Assembly (NCBI RefSeq): GCF_000143415.4
Contig: NW_003314264.1
Span: 90,107-154,106 of the forward strand
Source: Selaginella moellendorffii
Taxonomy: Eukaryota > Plantae > Lycopodiophyta
Direction: 5' to 3'
DNA: 64,000 nucleotides
Shown: piece after piece, positions 27,601-40,816 of the stretch
Layout: each line of letters opens with the position of its first letter
Numbering within the stretch: position 1 is the stretch's first letter
Notes under the pieces: generated by a model
What the model saw: the letters and a program-made list of their open reading frames with translations, nothing else
Told to the model about the DNA's origin: nothing
Databases searched by the model: none
Translations under genes and position numbers: made by a program

Positions 27601-30600
27601 CGTTGGAGGATCATTTGAAATATTTGGAGCTGGTATTTCAGAAGTTGCACGAACACAAATTGTATGCTAAGGAAAGTAAATGTGCTTTTGGACAATTGCG
27701 CGTAAACTTTCTCGGATATATAGTTGGTGGTGGCGTAATTGAGGTAGATCCAAAGAAGGTGGAAGTGGTGAAGTCCTGGGAAGTTCTTACTACTGTATCA
27801 AATGTTCCTTTCTCGGTTTGGTGGGATACTATTGCAAGTTTGTCCGCAATTTTGCAAGAATTGCTCTTCCGTTGACTGAGTTGACAAAGAGTAGTATACC
27901 GTTTCATTGGACACCAGCTTGTCAGCGTGCTTTTGTATGGTTGAAGGAGATCTTGATTACGGTTCCTGTTCTCAGGATCCCAGATCTTGATAAACCTTCG
28001 AAGTGTATTGTGATGCATCTGGCTATGCTATTGGTGCCGTGTTATAGCAAGATTGTGATAAAGCGGTTGCTGTTATGCTAAGGCAACATGGTTGTTCCAT
28101 TGCATTCTATTCCAAGAAGTTGGATGAAACTCAATGAAGATGGCCAATGCATGAGAAAGAGATGTTTGCTATAGTGTCGGCCCTAGAACACTGGAGACAT
28201 TACTTGGGTGGACACACTAAGGTTTATACAAATAGTAACACATTGAGCTACTTTGCTATGAAGCCTAATCTTATGCCGAAGGAGGCTCATTGGCAAGAGA
28301 AGCTTGCTAGATATGATATTGAAATCATATATAAACCTGGTAAAGACAATATTGTTTCGGATACATTGAGTTGTCAAGATCAATTCTGGGCAATATCGGC
28401 AATCAGTTCGGATTGGTTGGAGGATGTTCGGGTTTTATATAGAAGTGATCTATTGGCGAAGGCAATCTTGCACCGTGCAAAGTTGTCAAAGTAGAACTCT
28501 GGTAGCAAAGTGGCGAAAGTTGCTAATCAAACCAATGTGAAGCTTCTCTTGTTAGTTCAGGATGGGCTTATATTCTATAAGTAAGAAAGATTGTATCTTC
28601 CCTCTAAGGATCTACAGCAATTGTTTTTGTGGGAACATCATGATGTTCCGGCAGCAGAACATGGTGGAAAGCGAAAGACTTTGGCTTCGTTTAAAAAGGG
28701 ATTTTTCTAGTTTGGTATGGAGGGTGATGTAGTGGACTATGTCCGTTCTTGCCCTATATGCTAGCAATGTAAGCGTAGAACTGAGAAGCAAGCTGAAAAG
28801 TTGCAGTGCATTCCAGCATTGGCATGGCCATTTCAAAGTGTGACACTTGACTTTATCACTTACTTGCCAAAGTCTAAGGGGTGTGATACTTTGATGGTGG
28901 GTGTGGATTGGTTGTAGAAGAATCCACACTTCATTTCAACTGTGGGAATTGTAAATGCGGAACAAGTAGCAAAGCTCTTTTTCCATGAAGTAGTGTGGGG
29001 TCGTGGGCTTCCCGAAGAGATGATCTCAAATAGAGATTCAAGGTTTATGGGGAAGTTTTAGGGCATACTGTTCCAATTGTTTGGTACCAAGTTAAAGTTT
29101 AGTACAGCTTATCATCCTCAAACTGATGGGTAGACTGAACATGTGAATGCTCAAGTTGAGGATTATCTACGGTACTATGTCGTGGTGGACCAATGCGACT
29201 GGGTTGAGCATTTAGACATAGCAAAAATTTGTTATAACAACACATTTCACAACACTATTAGCTGTTCTCCATAGAAGATGCTACAAGGGAATGCTCGTGG
29301 GGTGCCTCAACAGATTGTTGTACTGAAACCAATGTCCGAAGTGTTGGTCCCGGCCGTTAAGACTTATGCGGAGCAGCTACGCCAAAGTCGGATTAGAGCT
29401 ACTGAGGCAATGGGCAAAGCTCAGGATAGGTATCGATGTGATAAGGATCAGCATCAACAGGATGTATCCTATCAAGTGGGAGATCAGGTGTGGCTATCTT
29501 CCCAGAACTTGAACATTAAGGGATCTTTATCTTGGAAGCTTTTACCGAGATATGTTGGACCCTATCGGGTGTGGAAACGACTTGGTGATGTATCCTATCA
29601 GTTGGATATTCCACAAGAGATGTCCAGACTTCATGATGTGTTTTATGTCAGTTTACTGGCCTCATATCATGAGGATTCTGGCCGCTCTAAGGATGTTTAT
29701 CCAGCTCTGGATATTATTGATGGTGAACTGGAGTATGAGGTTGAGGCTATTCTTTTGTCTCATAAGGCATGTGGCGGTCGAAGCAAAGAATATTTAGTTA
29801 AGTGGAAGGGTTACCCATCTTGTGTATCAACTTGGAAACCTCTTAGGAATCTTACACATACTTGTGAGCTTGTCACGGAGTATGAAAATCATAATAAAGA
29901 ATAGTTTTGTAAATTTTGTAATAAATCTTGCAAATCAATAAAGTAATATCTTTTTATAAATGAAAGTTTTGTTTCTCTCATTAGTACTTGGGTTAGTTTT
30001 GGCAGGCTGACTTCGGCACTTTAGTGCATGGGTTCAATCCATAACCATGGGGATAACTATTATAGACTGATCATAAATCCCCACCTCTCTCTCGATGACT
30101 CATTTTTGAAAAGGGGGTGTGGTCGTGTAAACAACTTGTGTATTGAGATTAGTCCCTTAATATTCACTAGATGATAGCTTACTGTGTTTGCCAAACACCT
30201 CGCTATCATGCTCTTTTGTGTTAGTCTCATTTCGGTCCCAAATGCTATTTATGGAAAGTGTCTAGATTCACTCATTTAGCATGTTAACAGAATGTAGAGA
30301 TTTGCCTGAACACAATGGTGTTCATCCCGTGTCCAAATTCGCAATCTAGGGACATTCCATATTTAGTAGGTTTTGAGCTTGTCCCAGAGACTAACTCCTG
30401 GTACCTGGTACTAAGGGAGGCTTGGGGTAAAAGCCCAAAGTATGTGTTCCTCAAGGGAGGGGGGGGGATGGGGGGGGGGGGCGGGGCGGGGGGGTTCCAA
30501 ATGTATAGTAGAGATAGTGGTTGCAATGCATGTCCAACCACCTGAGACATTAATTTGGCTCTCACTAGGCTATGTTGCTCCTTGTTCTTCGTTCGGCTTG

Positions 30601-30817
30601 CGTCTAAGCCCAAGCTTCACGCTGCTCTAGTCAATGGGGTACCCTCCTCCTCGCGTTAGGCCACCAATATGCCAAAATTGTGCCAAACTCTGTCTGACAC
30701 TATTTTGCATGTAGATGCTAGATATGAGGAGTTGGTGCTCATGGGATTGTACTAAACCCTTGTTTCGTAGTGCAACAGGCTTGGAGTTCGGCTCCAAATT
30801 CATATCAAAACGCTACA
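24654..30817 (+). mobile_element. Decayed Ty3/gypsy chromovirus (element B) with internally deleted LTRs
   Basis: Starts TGTCACG, ends CGCTACA; flanks ATTAT/ATTAC form a near-perfect 5-bp TSD; internal gag-PR-RT-RH-IN-chromodomain order. Confidence 0.88.
25190..29904 (+). pseudogene. gag-pol of element B, many stops and frameshifts, intronless
   Basis: Zinc knuckle CFHCGESGHRPLEC, protease MIDTRA, RT ([23 protein letters not shown]), RNase H (HEKEMFAIV), integrase (STAYHPQTDG), KLLPRYVGPY, chromodomain (YEVEAIL..YLVKWKGY). Confidence 0.92.
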
Positions 30818-32312
30818 ATTACAATATACAAGAATAATATAATGAAATTTTTATATTTTTTAAAGTATAACATAATATAATTATCAACATATAATAAACT
30901 ATAAAATTATTTCCTAATGGATTTTTTTTAAAAATTACAATTCACATAGATATAGTTTTGATTTATATTAATTTTAATTTGATACTTTTTAAGGATTTTT
31001 ATAAGTGAGAATAATTTTCTTAAGTCTTCAAGTGTAGAGTTTTATAAAAAATAATGATATTTTCAGATATTCTTAAGAAGTGCATATTTGGAATATAGAC
31101 ATCACCAAAGATTTCTCTAAATAGCAAAATACAAATCTCCTTTTTGATATAAATAGTAATTTGTTTTTTGTAAGATTAGCAACCTTATTCTTTCTTGGTT
31201 CAAATACCAAATCCATTATATGGTTTTTCTCTAACATCCTTCTTTAGGCCAACTATCAATGTCTTATTTTTTCAATATTCAAAATTCACTATTCTGTAAT
31301 GGCTTACTATAAGGTCTCATCTTCTCTCCTTTGCAATAATGTGTTAGCTTGGACTATTAAAATAGGAGATTGTGACCCTAGGATACCATTATTTGCATGA
31401 ACATACGGTGTTAGTCTTTGTAGCAGTGGATTGTAACACATTTGTTAAGGACCATTTGATAATAAGTTTGAAATGGTGACCTTTGTGGCCCGAACTTATG
31501 TTTCTATGCTCCCTACCACCACAAGCCACTCTAAGGAAGCTCCTGAATCTAGTGTCAGGCAATGCAACTGATGTTAGATCTCTTCCTCTTGCAAGGATAT
31601 ATGTCTGTCTAGGTATTTGCAAAGGTGATGAATCCAATTCTATTCTTCTTCCACATTTTGTCTTGGGTGATTCATTTATCTGATTTCATTGTTTGAGAGT
31701 GAAGTGGCAAGAGATTGACATCTTTATGAAATATTTTCTTGTGTCATTCTGACCTTGTAAGCATTGTTTTGTAGTCAAGCAAAGCCACAAAGGCTACAAT
31801 AGGCAGTACAATGTACTACTATTTAACTATTTATTAGAGCAAGAAAATATCATACTACACCTTACAGTTTCTCATTCCCTAGACATTCCTCAGACGCTGC
31901 TCATAGAATTCCAGAAGTTGTAACTTGACTACCATAAAACATGAAAGAAGCAACAAAAAAGTACCATTCATGTTTTAAAGGTTTTTCTCCATTATTGAAA
32001 GATATCCAGAGGAGGTTAACACTTCAAAGCCTCACAAGCACCTCATAAATTTCCCTTAAAGAGATGATGTGCAGTTCTATAAGAGTTCTTTGGCAGGTTC
32101 TTTAAGAGTACCTGCCAGTTTGAATCTGTCTTGAACATGTCTTCGTTAGGTCCATTGGAGCAAAGGGTAAACATAAACGCAGAGTTTTCATAGCATTTCC
32201 TTCCAAAATACAGGTGAGTGGGGGATAAATTTGAATAATAGATGCGTGATGAATACATATAGATATCATCTTGTATGAGGTACAATTCACTAGAATACTT
32301 TTTTCTTTTTTA

Positions 32313-33467
32313 TTACAGAAGTTTTGAAACTTTTACAGAATAGTCTGGACGTGGCCTAAAGAAGAAAAACTGTATAAAGGGAAGTTTGTATGAAAGTGTA
32401 AGTGTTTATCTTCACTTTCTCGAGCACTTCAGGATTTTGCTTTAGGAAACCATCAGCCATCGAGTTGTGACCGGCGTTTATGAGCATGTCTATGATTTCA
32501 GCGCTTCCAGAGCCTCTCCTTTGTCATCCAGCTCATCCATGAGCAACGAAAGAATGCTTGTTTCCTGTGGCTTTCTGGAAGCTCTTCTCTGGTTGATCAG
32601 GTCCTGGATAAGCTTGATGACCTTTCACCTGGCCTGAGAATGGGAAAGCATCACAAAACTATGTAGGACAATGCATATAGCTTTTACCTTCAAGGCTTTG
32701 TTGTAGGCAGTGTTGGGGAAGTTGATGGGGAAAGCCTGAATGCCTTGGTTGACAATGTAGTGCAAGGAGAAAATCTCATTCACATCGAGACTGGAGTCTT
32801 TCCTATATAAAATGTAGAGGACAGTTAGATATGTGAACTGTCATATCAGAAAAAACCAGTATCAACGAGAAAAATAAGACAAAGAGGAAGTAAACATCAC
32901 TTACCCTTCTCATCTTGGTAAGAAGAACAATCTTATGCTGCGTAGGCCACCTTGCAAGGCATGCTGTTGTAGGGGCACATACTGCTTAAGAGCTTTGGGA
33001 TTGTTCACAGTGGACTCAGTAAGCTTCTGGAGCTTCAAGTAGCTCTCCAGTTAATCCTGCAAACAGATTTCGTCCAATGAGCACAACAGCGCTCTTTGGC
33101 CATCCTGTCTCAAAGCTGTCTTTGGAGAGCATGAATTTGCATGCCTCTGGTGTGGCAACCAGGACGGGTGGGCTGCTAGAACAGAAACGCCTTGTAAAAC
33201 CCACTCGATTATAGCTGAAACCAAAAAGTGACCCATGAAAAAGTATGGTTATCCAGACTTGAAGGCTCTGAGAAAAGCAGCCATGTTGATAAAGACGGGC
33301 CATCCAAGCGGACCCGGTGGAAGTGGAGGCTGTCCTGGCTTGAGCACCAGCTCATAGTACCACTTGTTTAAAAATCTCGAGAATGTCGGCCAAGCAGTCA
33401 CTGCCATGTTGCTTTCCAGTGAACAACTTGGAGGAGGAAGAACCCCATAATGGTACAGCATTGGCAC
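32313..33467 (-). pseudogene. CYP88/KAO-like pseudogene, copy 2 (has N-terminal Pro-rich exon, lacks K-helix to heme region)
   Basis: LPPGPLGWPVFINMAAFLRAFKSG and ATPEACKFMLSKDSFETGWPKS; inverted homology to copy 1 including introns and ~1.3 kb of 3' flank. Confidence 0.85.
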
Positions 33468-33913
33468 TCAACTATGGCGTCTGATTAATTGAGCGGCCAG
33501 TCACGTTCATATCAGTGGCTCCAGTGACGATAACTCGAGAGCACCACTGCTGTATTGGCAGTGCACTCCTTGTTGGGAAATTTCAAGCAAATACTGGATA
33601 TTTTGATCGGCTCCAAAACTGTAAAAAAAAAGTAATAAAACACAAAATTTCAGGATTGTATCCCATCCAGGTCACTGCAAGAATATGGCAACCACCTTTC
33701 ATGCTGAATCTCAGTCGTTTCCAATCAAAAGAACCAAAATAAATAAATCCCAGCCTTTCTGCCACTCCCGGGAATAAGAAGGGAGACCTGCAATAGGAAA
33801 AACAGCCTGTAAAACACACAAGCACCTCCAAAAGCTCTTTCATTGGAAATAAGAACAACTGCTTTTTCTAGAATTTGACATATTCTACTCTACCATAAAT
33901 TACTTGGACATAG

Positions 33914-36900
33914 TGTCATGAGTTTAAGGTTGATTAAACCTGTAATCCTTACTATTACTAGTAGGGAATCCTTGTGTATTGAGATTAGTCTTTCAATATC
34001 GCTAGATGATAGCTTATTGTGTTTGCCAAACACCCTTGCTATCATGCCCTTTGTGTTAGTCTCATTTCGGTCCCAAATGCTATTTATGGAAAGTGTCTAG
34101 ATTTGCTCATTTGGCATATCTACAGAATGTAGAGATTGGCCTGAACACTATGGTGTTCGTCCTGTGTCCAAATTCGCATTCTAGTGCCATTCCATATTTA
34201 GTAAGTTTCAAGCTTGTCCCAGAGACTAACTCCTGATACTAAGGGAGGCTTGGGGTGAAAGCCCAAAGCATGTGTTCCTCAAAGAGGGGAGGGGGGCTAT
34301 AGGGGGTTCCAAATATATAGTAGGGATAGTGGGTAGGTCAGGCATGGCCGACCAACCTAAGGCATAGTTTAGCTCCCGCTTGCATTCCTGTTCTTGTTCT
34401 GCATCCGGCTTGGGTCTAAGTCTAAGTTCCACACCATGCTAGCTGGTGGAATACCCATGTCCTTGTGTTAAGCCACCGGTATGCCAAAATAGAGCTAAAC
34501 TCCGTTTGGCTCCGTTTTGCATGCTGGTCCTGGCATTGGGATGTTAGTTGCTCTAGGACTATTCCAAGTCATTCCGGGCTCCTGTCCCTTCGCTCCTTGG
34601 GCTGTATGCTCAGGAGTTGCTCTGTGGTCTTGTTCCATCACTCCTTGGCTCTATGCTTGGGAGTTTGGCACTATTCTTTCGTTCAGTGGCCTAAGGCCTT
34701 GAACCTTGGGTTCCACACCATTGTCCTATGGACACGTGGCATGTGACACATGGCATATAACACGTGGCACATGGGTTTAGGTTCCACTTGGTGGTGTTAT
34801 CCTATGGTAAATCACCATAGGATAAAGGGTAAAAACCACGTGCGCTACATTTGGTATCAAAGGATGAGTTTCAGCAAGTACTATTCAATGAGATTGGGCA
34901 ACTAGTCTCGTTACATACGTAGAGATGAAAATGATGATTCGAGTGGGTACACGTTTGGGTGCTAAGACTTCGCAATTGTTTCTTAGGTATAGATTTGGGT
35001 ACCATTTTGTACTATATTATATGAGCTTGCTCTTAGGCTTATAAGAAGGATTGAGTTGTTCCGTTTGCACAAGTTTGTGCTTGGGCTCGTGAGTGAGGCA
35101 TATTAGCAACTCAAGGTTACACTTTGAGTTGGCAGGATTAATGTTAGCCTATCGATGGTTCCATAAGTTGTTCCTAGTACCATGGGTAAAAGTAAACCTT
35201 CCCTAAGTTTTCTGTGAGTGGCAAATAGGCTGGTCCGTAGCTGTTTAGCACGGCACTAGTGGATCCTTCCTAGGCATGTTTACAAGTGGATCAATCAAGA
35301 CTATAGGGATTAGTCTATTGGTTCAAGTAGTCATTGTGGTGCTCTCTTATAAACTTTTCTTGGATTGGACTGAAGGCAGTGTAAAGGCAAGTTTGAGGTT
35401 TAGTCAAAGATGAGACCGAAAAGAGAGTCGTTAGGGATGAAGGATTAAACAGGTAAATCATTTTCTCTTCTTGAGAGATGATTTGCAATGAGGTGTGACT
35501 CATTGCTCTTGTTCACAGTATGCAATCAAGAGTCCATATCTTGATGCATATTGGAAGTGATGGTCTTACAAGTAGTGAGTTATAGGATGGATAGTGGTGA
35601 AGCGCTAAACCATTTTGTCTAGGCTTGCCATTGGAAGACTTGGGTTATAATGCTCAATTCTTTTCCGGGGAACCTTGCTATTGCTCCTTTAGTAGCTTGG
35701 TGTTGGATTAGTTTTGAGTTTGGTCGGAAAGAGAGTGGCATGAGCTTGTCCATGTTGTGAACAAAAGTTAGTGGTGTTGGGTGTTGTAAGTCTCTATAGT
35801 AGAGTGTGGCATTTATGTTGCATTTTGTCCAATTGAGTTAGCACTTGATAGTCACATAAACCTTTGAAGTAATGACATTAGCATTGCTCGTGGTGTTACT
35901 CAATTGATGATTAAGTCATTGTGATTCTCATATCATATCCATGTGATAGTGAGCAATGTGTTTACAAAGTTGCTTGGTTAAATGATAATCAACCCCAAAG
36001 TGGTTGATAGTGAAGCTAATCTACTTGCACGAAGTAACATTGTAGTAGCTTTGACTGAATTCTCGATGGTGGTCCATTATACTAAGCTTAAGTTGGTACG
36101 TTGTTTCCTTGAGGGTTGGCCCATAAGGTGTTGGAAAAAGGTTGTAGCATTCATTTGCTATAGCTCATCAGTTGATCCGTTAGCACTTGGAGTAGATTAT
36201 TGGATGGAGAAAGTGTGTAGTTGAGGCATTTATATTACTAGCACTTGTGTTAGTGGAAGTGACATTGTTGATTCAACTGATGAGGAATTTTTCTTAGAGC
36301 TTGATTTTCCATGTCATTTTTCTTGTTAGTGTTTTGGCTTCACATTGGATCTTGAAGGTGATTGAAGAAGAGTGTTAGTGCAATATGGATATCCGAAGAT
36401 GTGGTCTTCATGATCAAGCCTTGGATGTTCATTTTGCACTTTGCGGATGTCCATGTTCGATATCAGTTAGATGGGCAAAGATGTTCGATGTTTAAGCATA
36501 TTATGGGTCATGAGAATTTGTGTTGAGGTGAACCTGTGTAAAGTTGTTTGTAGGAGGAAGTTGGTTAAATCTTGAAAGTTTGCAATCCTGAACCGAAAGA
36601 CATTGTTTCTCTAGGATGGAAGATTTTTCCACAAATTTTCTTAGACTTTTCCAATGGTTGATCTATTGATCACTTTGCTCGAAAACCATTCCATTTTCGT
36701 AAGCTAATACAAACTAGTGAAGGGGTTGAAGTTGACTTTGGTTAGCTTAAATCTTAGTAAATAGTTTGTATGATACGGCCCGAAAGGGATGCTGACTTTT
36801 GGGGCTAAGGCAATTGAGTTGGATAGAGTCTAGAGTTGGTATAGAGAAGTGGCCGTTACGCTTTTCTAAGAAGGGTGACCTTTGTGCCTTTCTTTTATAG

Positions 36901-39900
36901 CGTTATGCTTGGTGGCAAGTTCCACCTTGTATTTCGTTTAGACTCTATGAGAGTAGTGAGCTCTCACTAATCCTAACTTGGTCTTAGTGGCCCTACGCCT
37001 TAGCTAAGGATGGTGATGTCCACCTTACTTGTTTGAGTTTGAGATGTTAGTACCCATACTATAGCTTTGTCTAAGAGGAAGTTGTGTACCAATATGAGTC
37101 CATCTCATGGTCTTCACTTTAGTTTCAACTAAGTGTTGATCATGCATAGCTAGCCTCTTCAAAGCTTGTTCAGAGCTATTGGCTAAACAAGTTGGTGAGC
37201 TTATTGTGGATGAGTTGGATTTGAGTGGTCATTTAGTTTGTGCTTGTTTATGAACCTTTATCTCGTACCTGGGGTATTACGTTCATGTTGGACAAGTATG
37301 TGACTCGATGACATGAGTTTAGTGTTCGGGTCTTGTGAAGGCAAGTTGAAGGGTGATTGTTAGTTGCTTTGCGACTAGTGATTACTTATAAACTTTGCTA
37401 AGGACTGTTGACACTTGCTTCACTCGATAATGATTTAGCAGTGATGGGCTTGCTTTACCAGATGGTGTTGCGGAGGATTGTGTAGTTAAACTTATATAGG
37501 TTTTCCATGTTAGCATATCAATTCTACCTTTGTCGATATCATTTGGTGACATTTAGTCTATGGTGTTAGATTTCATTGAATCTTGGATGTGGTGATTCAT
37601 TCCTTGATGATGTGTTATTTGAAACTGAGTATTGTTGAAGGATTGGTCTCAGATACTAACTAAGGTATCTTTGACTTTGGTTAGCTTAGTTGTTAAAGAG
37701 TTTTGAGTGGTGATTCACTCATGCTTTCTTTTAGCTTTGTTATGGTGTTGATGGCATTGAAGTGATGCCTTATTGTTGACATTGTTGATATTGAGATTTG
37801 AGTGAAATGAGATATCCTTCCAAGGATTGATATTGAGTTTCATTAGTCTTGATTAAAATAGTGTTGATGATTTGGTTTCTTTGTGTTGTTGGCATTCATG
37901 CATTTGCTAGTTAGCAACTGTGTTGACGTTCAAACGAACTGAGTGGCAAGTTTGAGTTAGTTGTGTTTTAGATGCAATTGCTTAGTAGGGGTTGAGCTCT
38001 AGCTTTTCCTTAAAAAGTGATTCTGTCATTGACTATGCTAACTCTACAAGAGGAAGAGTTAGTGATCGATATTAGAATGGTTGAGTCCTTATTGGATTTG
38101 AGTTCGGGATATATCGATCATTGATGATTCTCTTTATGCTTGTTACAAAGTGAGTTACATCTTACTATAGATGGATTTATGGAGGATCATTTAGTGATCA
38201 CTTGTTGAGCATAGCATCATTGTGTTTGGCTTTTGGATTTATGCAGATATACTCTTCATTAACTTTAGCATTATGAAATTTGGCTTATGGATGTGTTGAG
38301 GAGGATATTGTGGGTTGCATCATGATTTCTTCTTTAGCATTGAAGTTAGTTCATGCAAGACTTGTGATCATTGTTAGGCATGACTTAGCTATAAGCTTCT
38401 TTGAACTTTTGGTTCCTTGAGTTTTCATGCTCAATGTTCCATTTGTTAGAAGTTGTTGGGGAATGTATTTTGGCTTTTAGCTTTGATATTGAAGTTGGCT
38501 TTTGCGTCTAGCAATCATTGATGATGATTGACTATCATCTAGGATAATTGATTATCCTTGTTGAAGGTTTTGCTTGATTATTGTTGATCTAGAATGATTT
38601 GCTATTCTTCAAGATGGTGGATTTCTTCTTAGACGATGATTCTGCATATATCTTTTTGATGGGATGATTGATAATCTTTTATGATGGTTAGTTGTTCTTT
38701 TTAATAGTTTATGGCTTTTTGAAATACCACATGTTCTTTGTGGTTTACTCTAGATTGGTCTCTTGGGTTTGAGACATCAGTAGGATGTTGCTGACATTTG
38801 CTTGAGCAACTCTAGTTCCTTAGTATTATTAGCTATGATCTATTCAGATTAGCTATTGCAATAGTTGGCATGACAAAGTGTTTGTTGGTTTTACTACATT
38901 CATTTTGTTCTATTGATTGTTACTTGAGTTAGTTCTGATAGGTTGGGATGTATTTCCTTCGGGTGATACATTTGCGAGTATTGTGCTTGTCAGTCAATGA
39001 TACTTTGTGTTCTTTGAGTTATCTTTAGTACGTTGTTTGACATACTATCTACAATCTTTGATAGTTAAGTTTTATTATTGAGTTTACTTGATGGTATATG
39101 TGCTATTGAATTTTTGGGGGATAGTGAATCCTATGTTTTCCAACCATGATGATCTTGTTAGTTTCTATATTATAATACTAGTTTATCAAATGATAACTTA
39201 CTTGGAATACTTTTGTGTTCTAATTTAAGCTTTATTCACTGATAATTAAATCTCTAGGATATCATTGTTTATGACTTTGATATAGTCCATTTATTAATCT
39301 TTGAGTTTGGGCCAATATAGGCAGACTGGCTTCGGCACTTCATATGCATGGTGAAATCTCTAGTCATGGGGTAGCTACTGTCAACTGGTCATATAACCTG
39401 CCTCTCTGTCGATGATCCTTGTTCCGTTAAAAGGGCGTGACCGTGTAAACAACTCTAACTGCCTGTTTACAGTAGTCTATCTAAACCTTACCAACTGGTT
39501 TGGTTTCTTTGCTCAGGAGGGTTGGGGCCTTTGGCTCCTCTCTCTATGTCTTTGCAGGCAGGTGTATCACACTTTTGTAGCTGGGTGACACCCAGAGCAG
39601 CAAGGGTGGCTGACTTCGTTGGTCATTTCCTTGTCGGCGACGGCCGGAAGGTGTCTAAGTTGGTAGCACATCCGCGTTAGACAATGAGGTTACTCCTAAC
39701 TCATTTAAGTTGGTGCATTTCTCACATAGTGTGAATACCGTGAACTTTTTCTGGAATTGTTTCCTTGACGGTATTCTAGACTGGAGTATGCATCGACGAG
39801 GACGTCGATCTTCCCTAGGGAGGGAGAGTGTCGCGAATGTGACTTCGGGTATCGAAAGTTACTTGTCAGCCAGTCCTTACGAACACTCTCTCCTTACTGC

Positions 39901-40816
39901 CACGATGGCAGGAGGTCAGTATTGCCGGTTCCCTTTATTAGCCCCTCTTGTTCAAGTGTTAGTTTACTGGGCTTAGCACCTGTACTTAGCCAGATGGATA
40001 TAAGGTAGGAACTCCTATGTGTTTCTAGCTAAGCATACTCGGCCTGGCTCTTAGTTCTCTTTTGCTTTGTCTTGCACTGGCTTGACAAGAACCCTCGCGT
40101 ATTGAGATTAGTCCCTCAATATCGCTGGATGATAGTTACCGTATTTGCCAAACACCCTCGCTATCATGCCCTTTGTATTAGTCTCATTTCAGTCCCAAAT
40201 GCTATTTATGGAAAGTGTCTAGATTTGCTCATTTGGCATATCTATGGAATGTAGAGATTGGGCTGATGGGGGGTTCTAAATGTATAGTAGGGATAGTGGG
40301 TAGGTTGGGCATGGCTGACCAACCTGAGGTATAGTCTAGCTCCCACTTGCGTTCCTATCTTTGTTCTGCGTCCGGCTTGGGTCTAAGCCAAAGTTCCACA
40401 CCATGCTAGCTGGTGGAGTACCCATGTCCTTGCGTTAGGCCACCGGTATGCCGAAATAGTGCCAGACTCCATTTGGCTCCGTTTTGCGTGTTGGTTCTGG
40501 CATTGGGATGCTGGTTGCTCTAGGACAATTCCAAGTCGCTTCAGGCTCATGTCCCTTCGCTCCTTGGGTTGTATGCTCAGGAGTTGCTCCATGGTCCGGT
40601 TCCATCACTCCTTGGCTCTATGCTTGGGAGTTTGGCACCATTCTTTCGTTCAGTGGCCTAAGGCCCTAAACCTTGAGTTCTACACCACTGTCCTATGGAC
40701 ACGTGGCATATGACACATGGCATATAACACGTGGCACATTGATTTAGGTTCCACTTCGTGGTGTTATCCTATGGTAAATCACCATAGGATAAAGGGTAAA
40801 AACCATGTGCGCTACA
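33914..40816 (+). mobile_element. Non-autonomous LTR element (element C): two related LTRs, PBS, heavily decayed gypsy-like interior, PPT
   Basis: 5' LTR ~33914-34849 ends GCGCTACA, followed by TGGTATCAAAG (tRNA-iMet PBS-like, 34852). PPT AGGGAGGGAGAG at 39817-39828. 3' LTR 39829-40816 (TGTCGCG..GCGCTACA). RT ghosts near 38095 (DLSSGY) and 38270 (MKFGL). No TSD match found. Confidence 0.82.
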
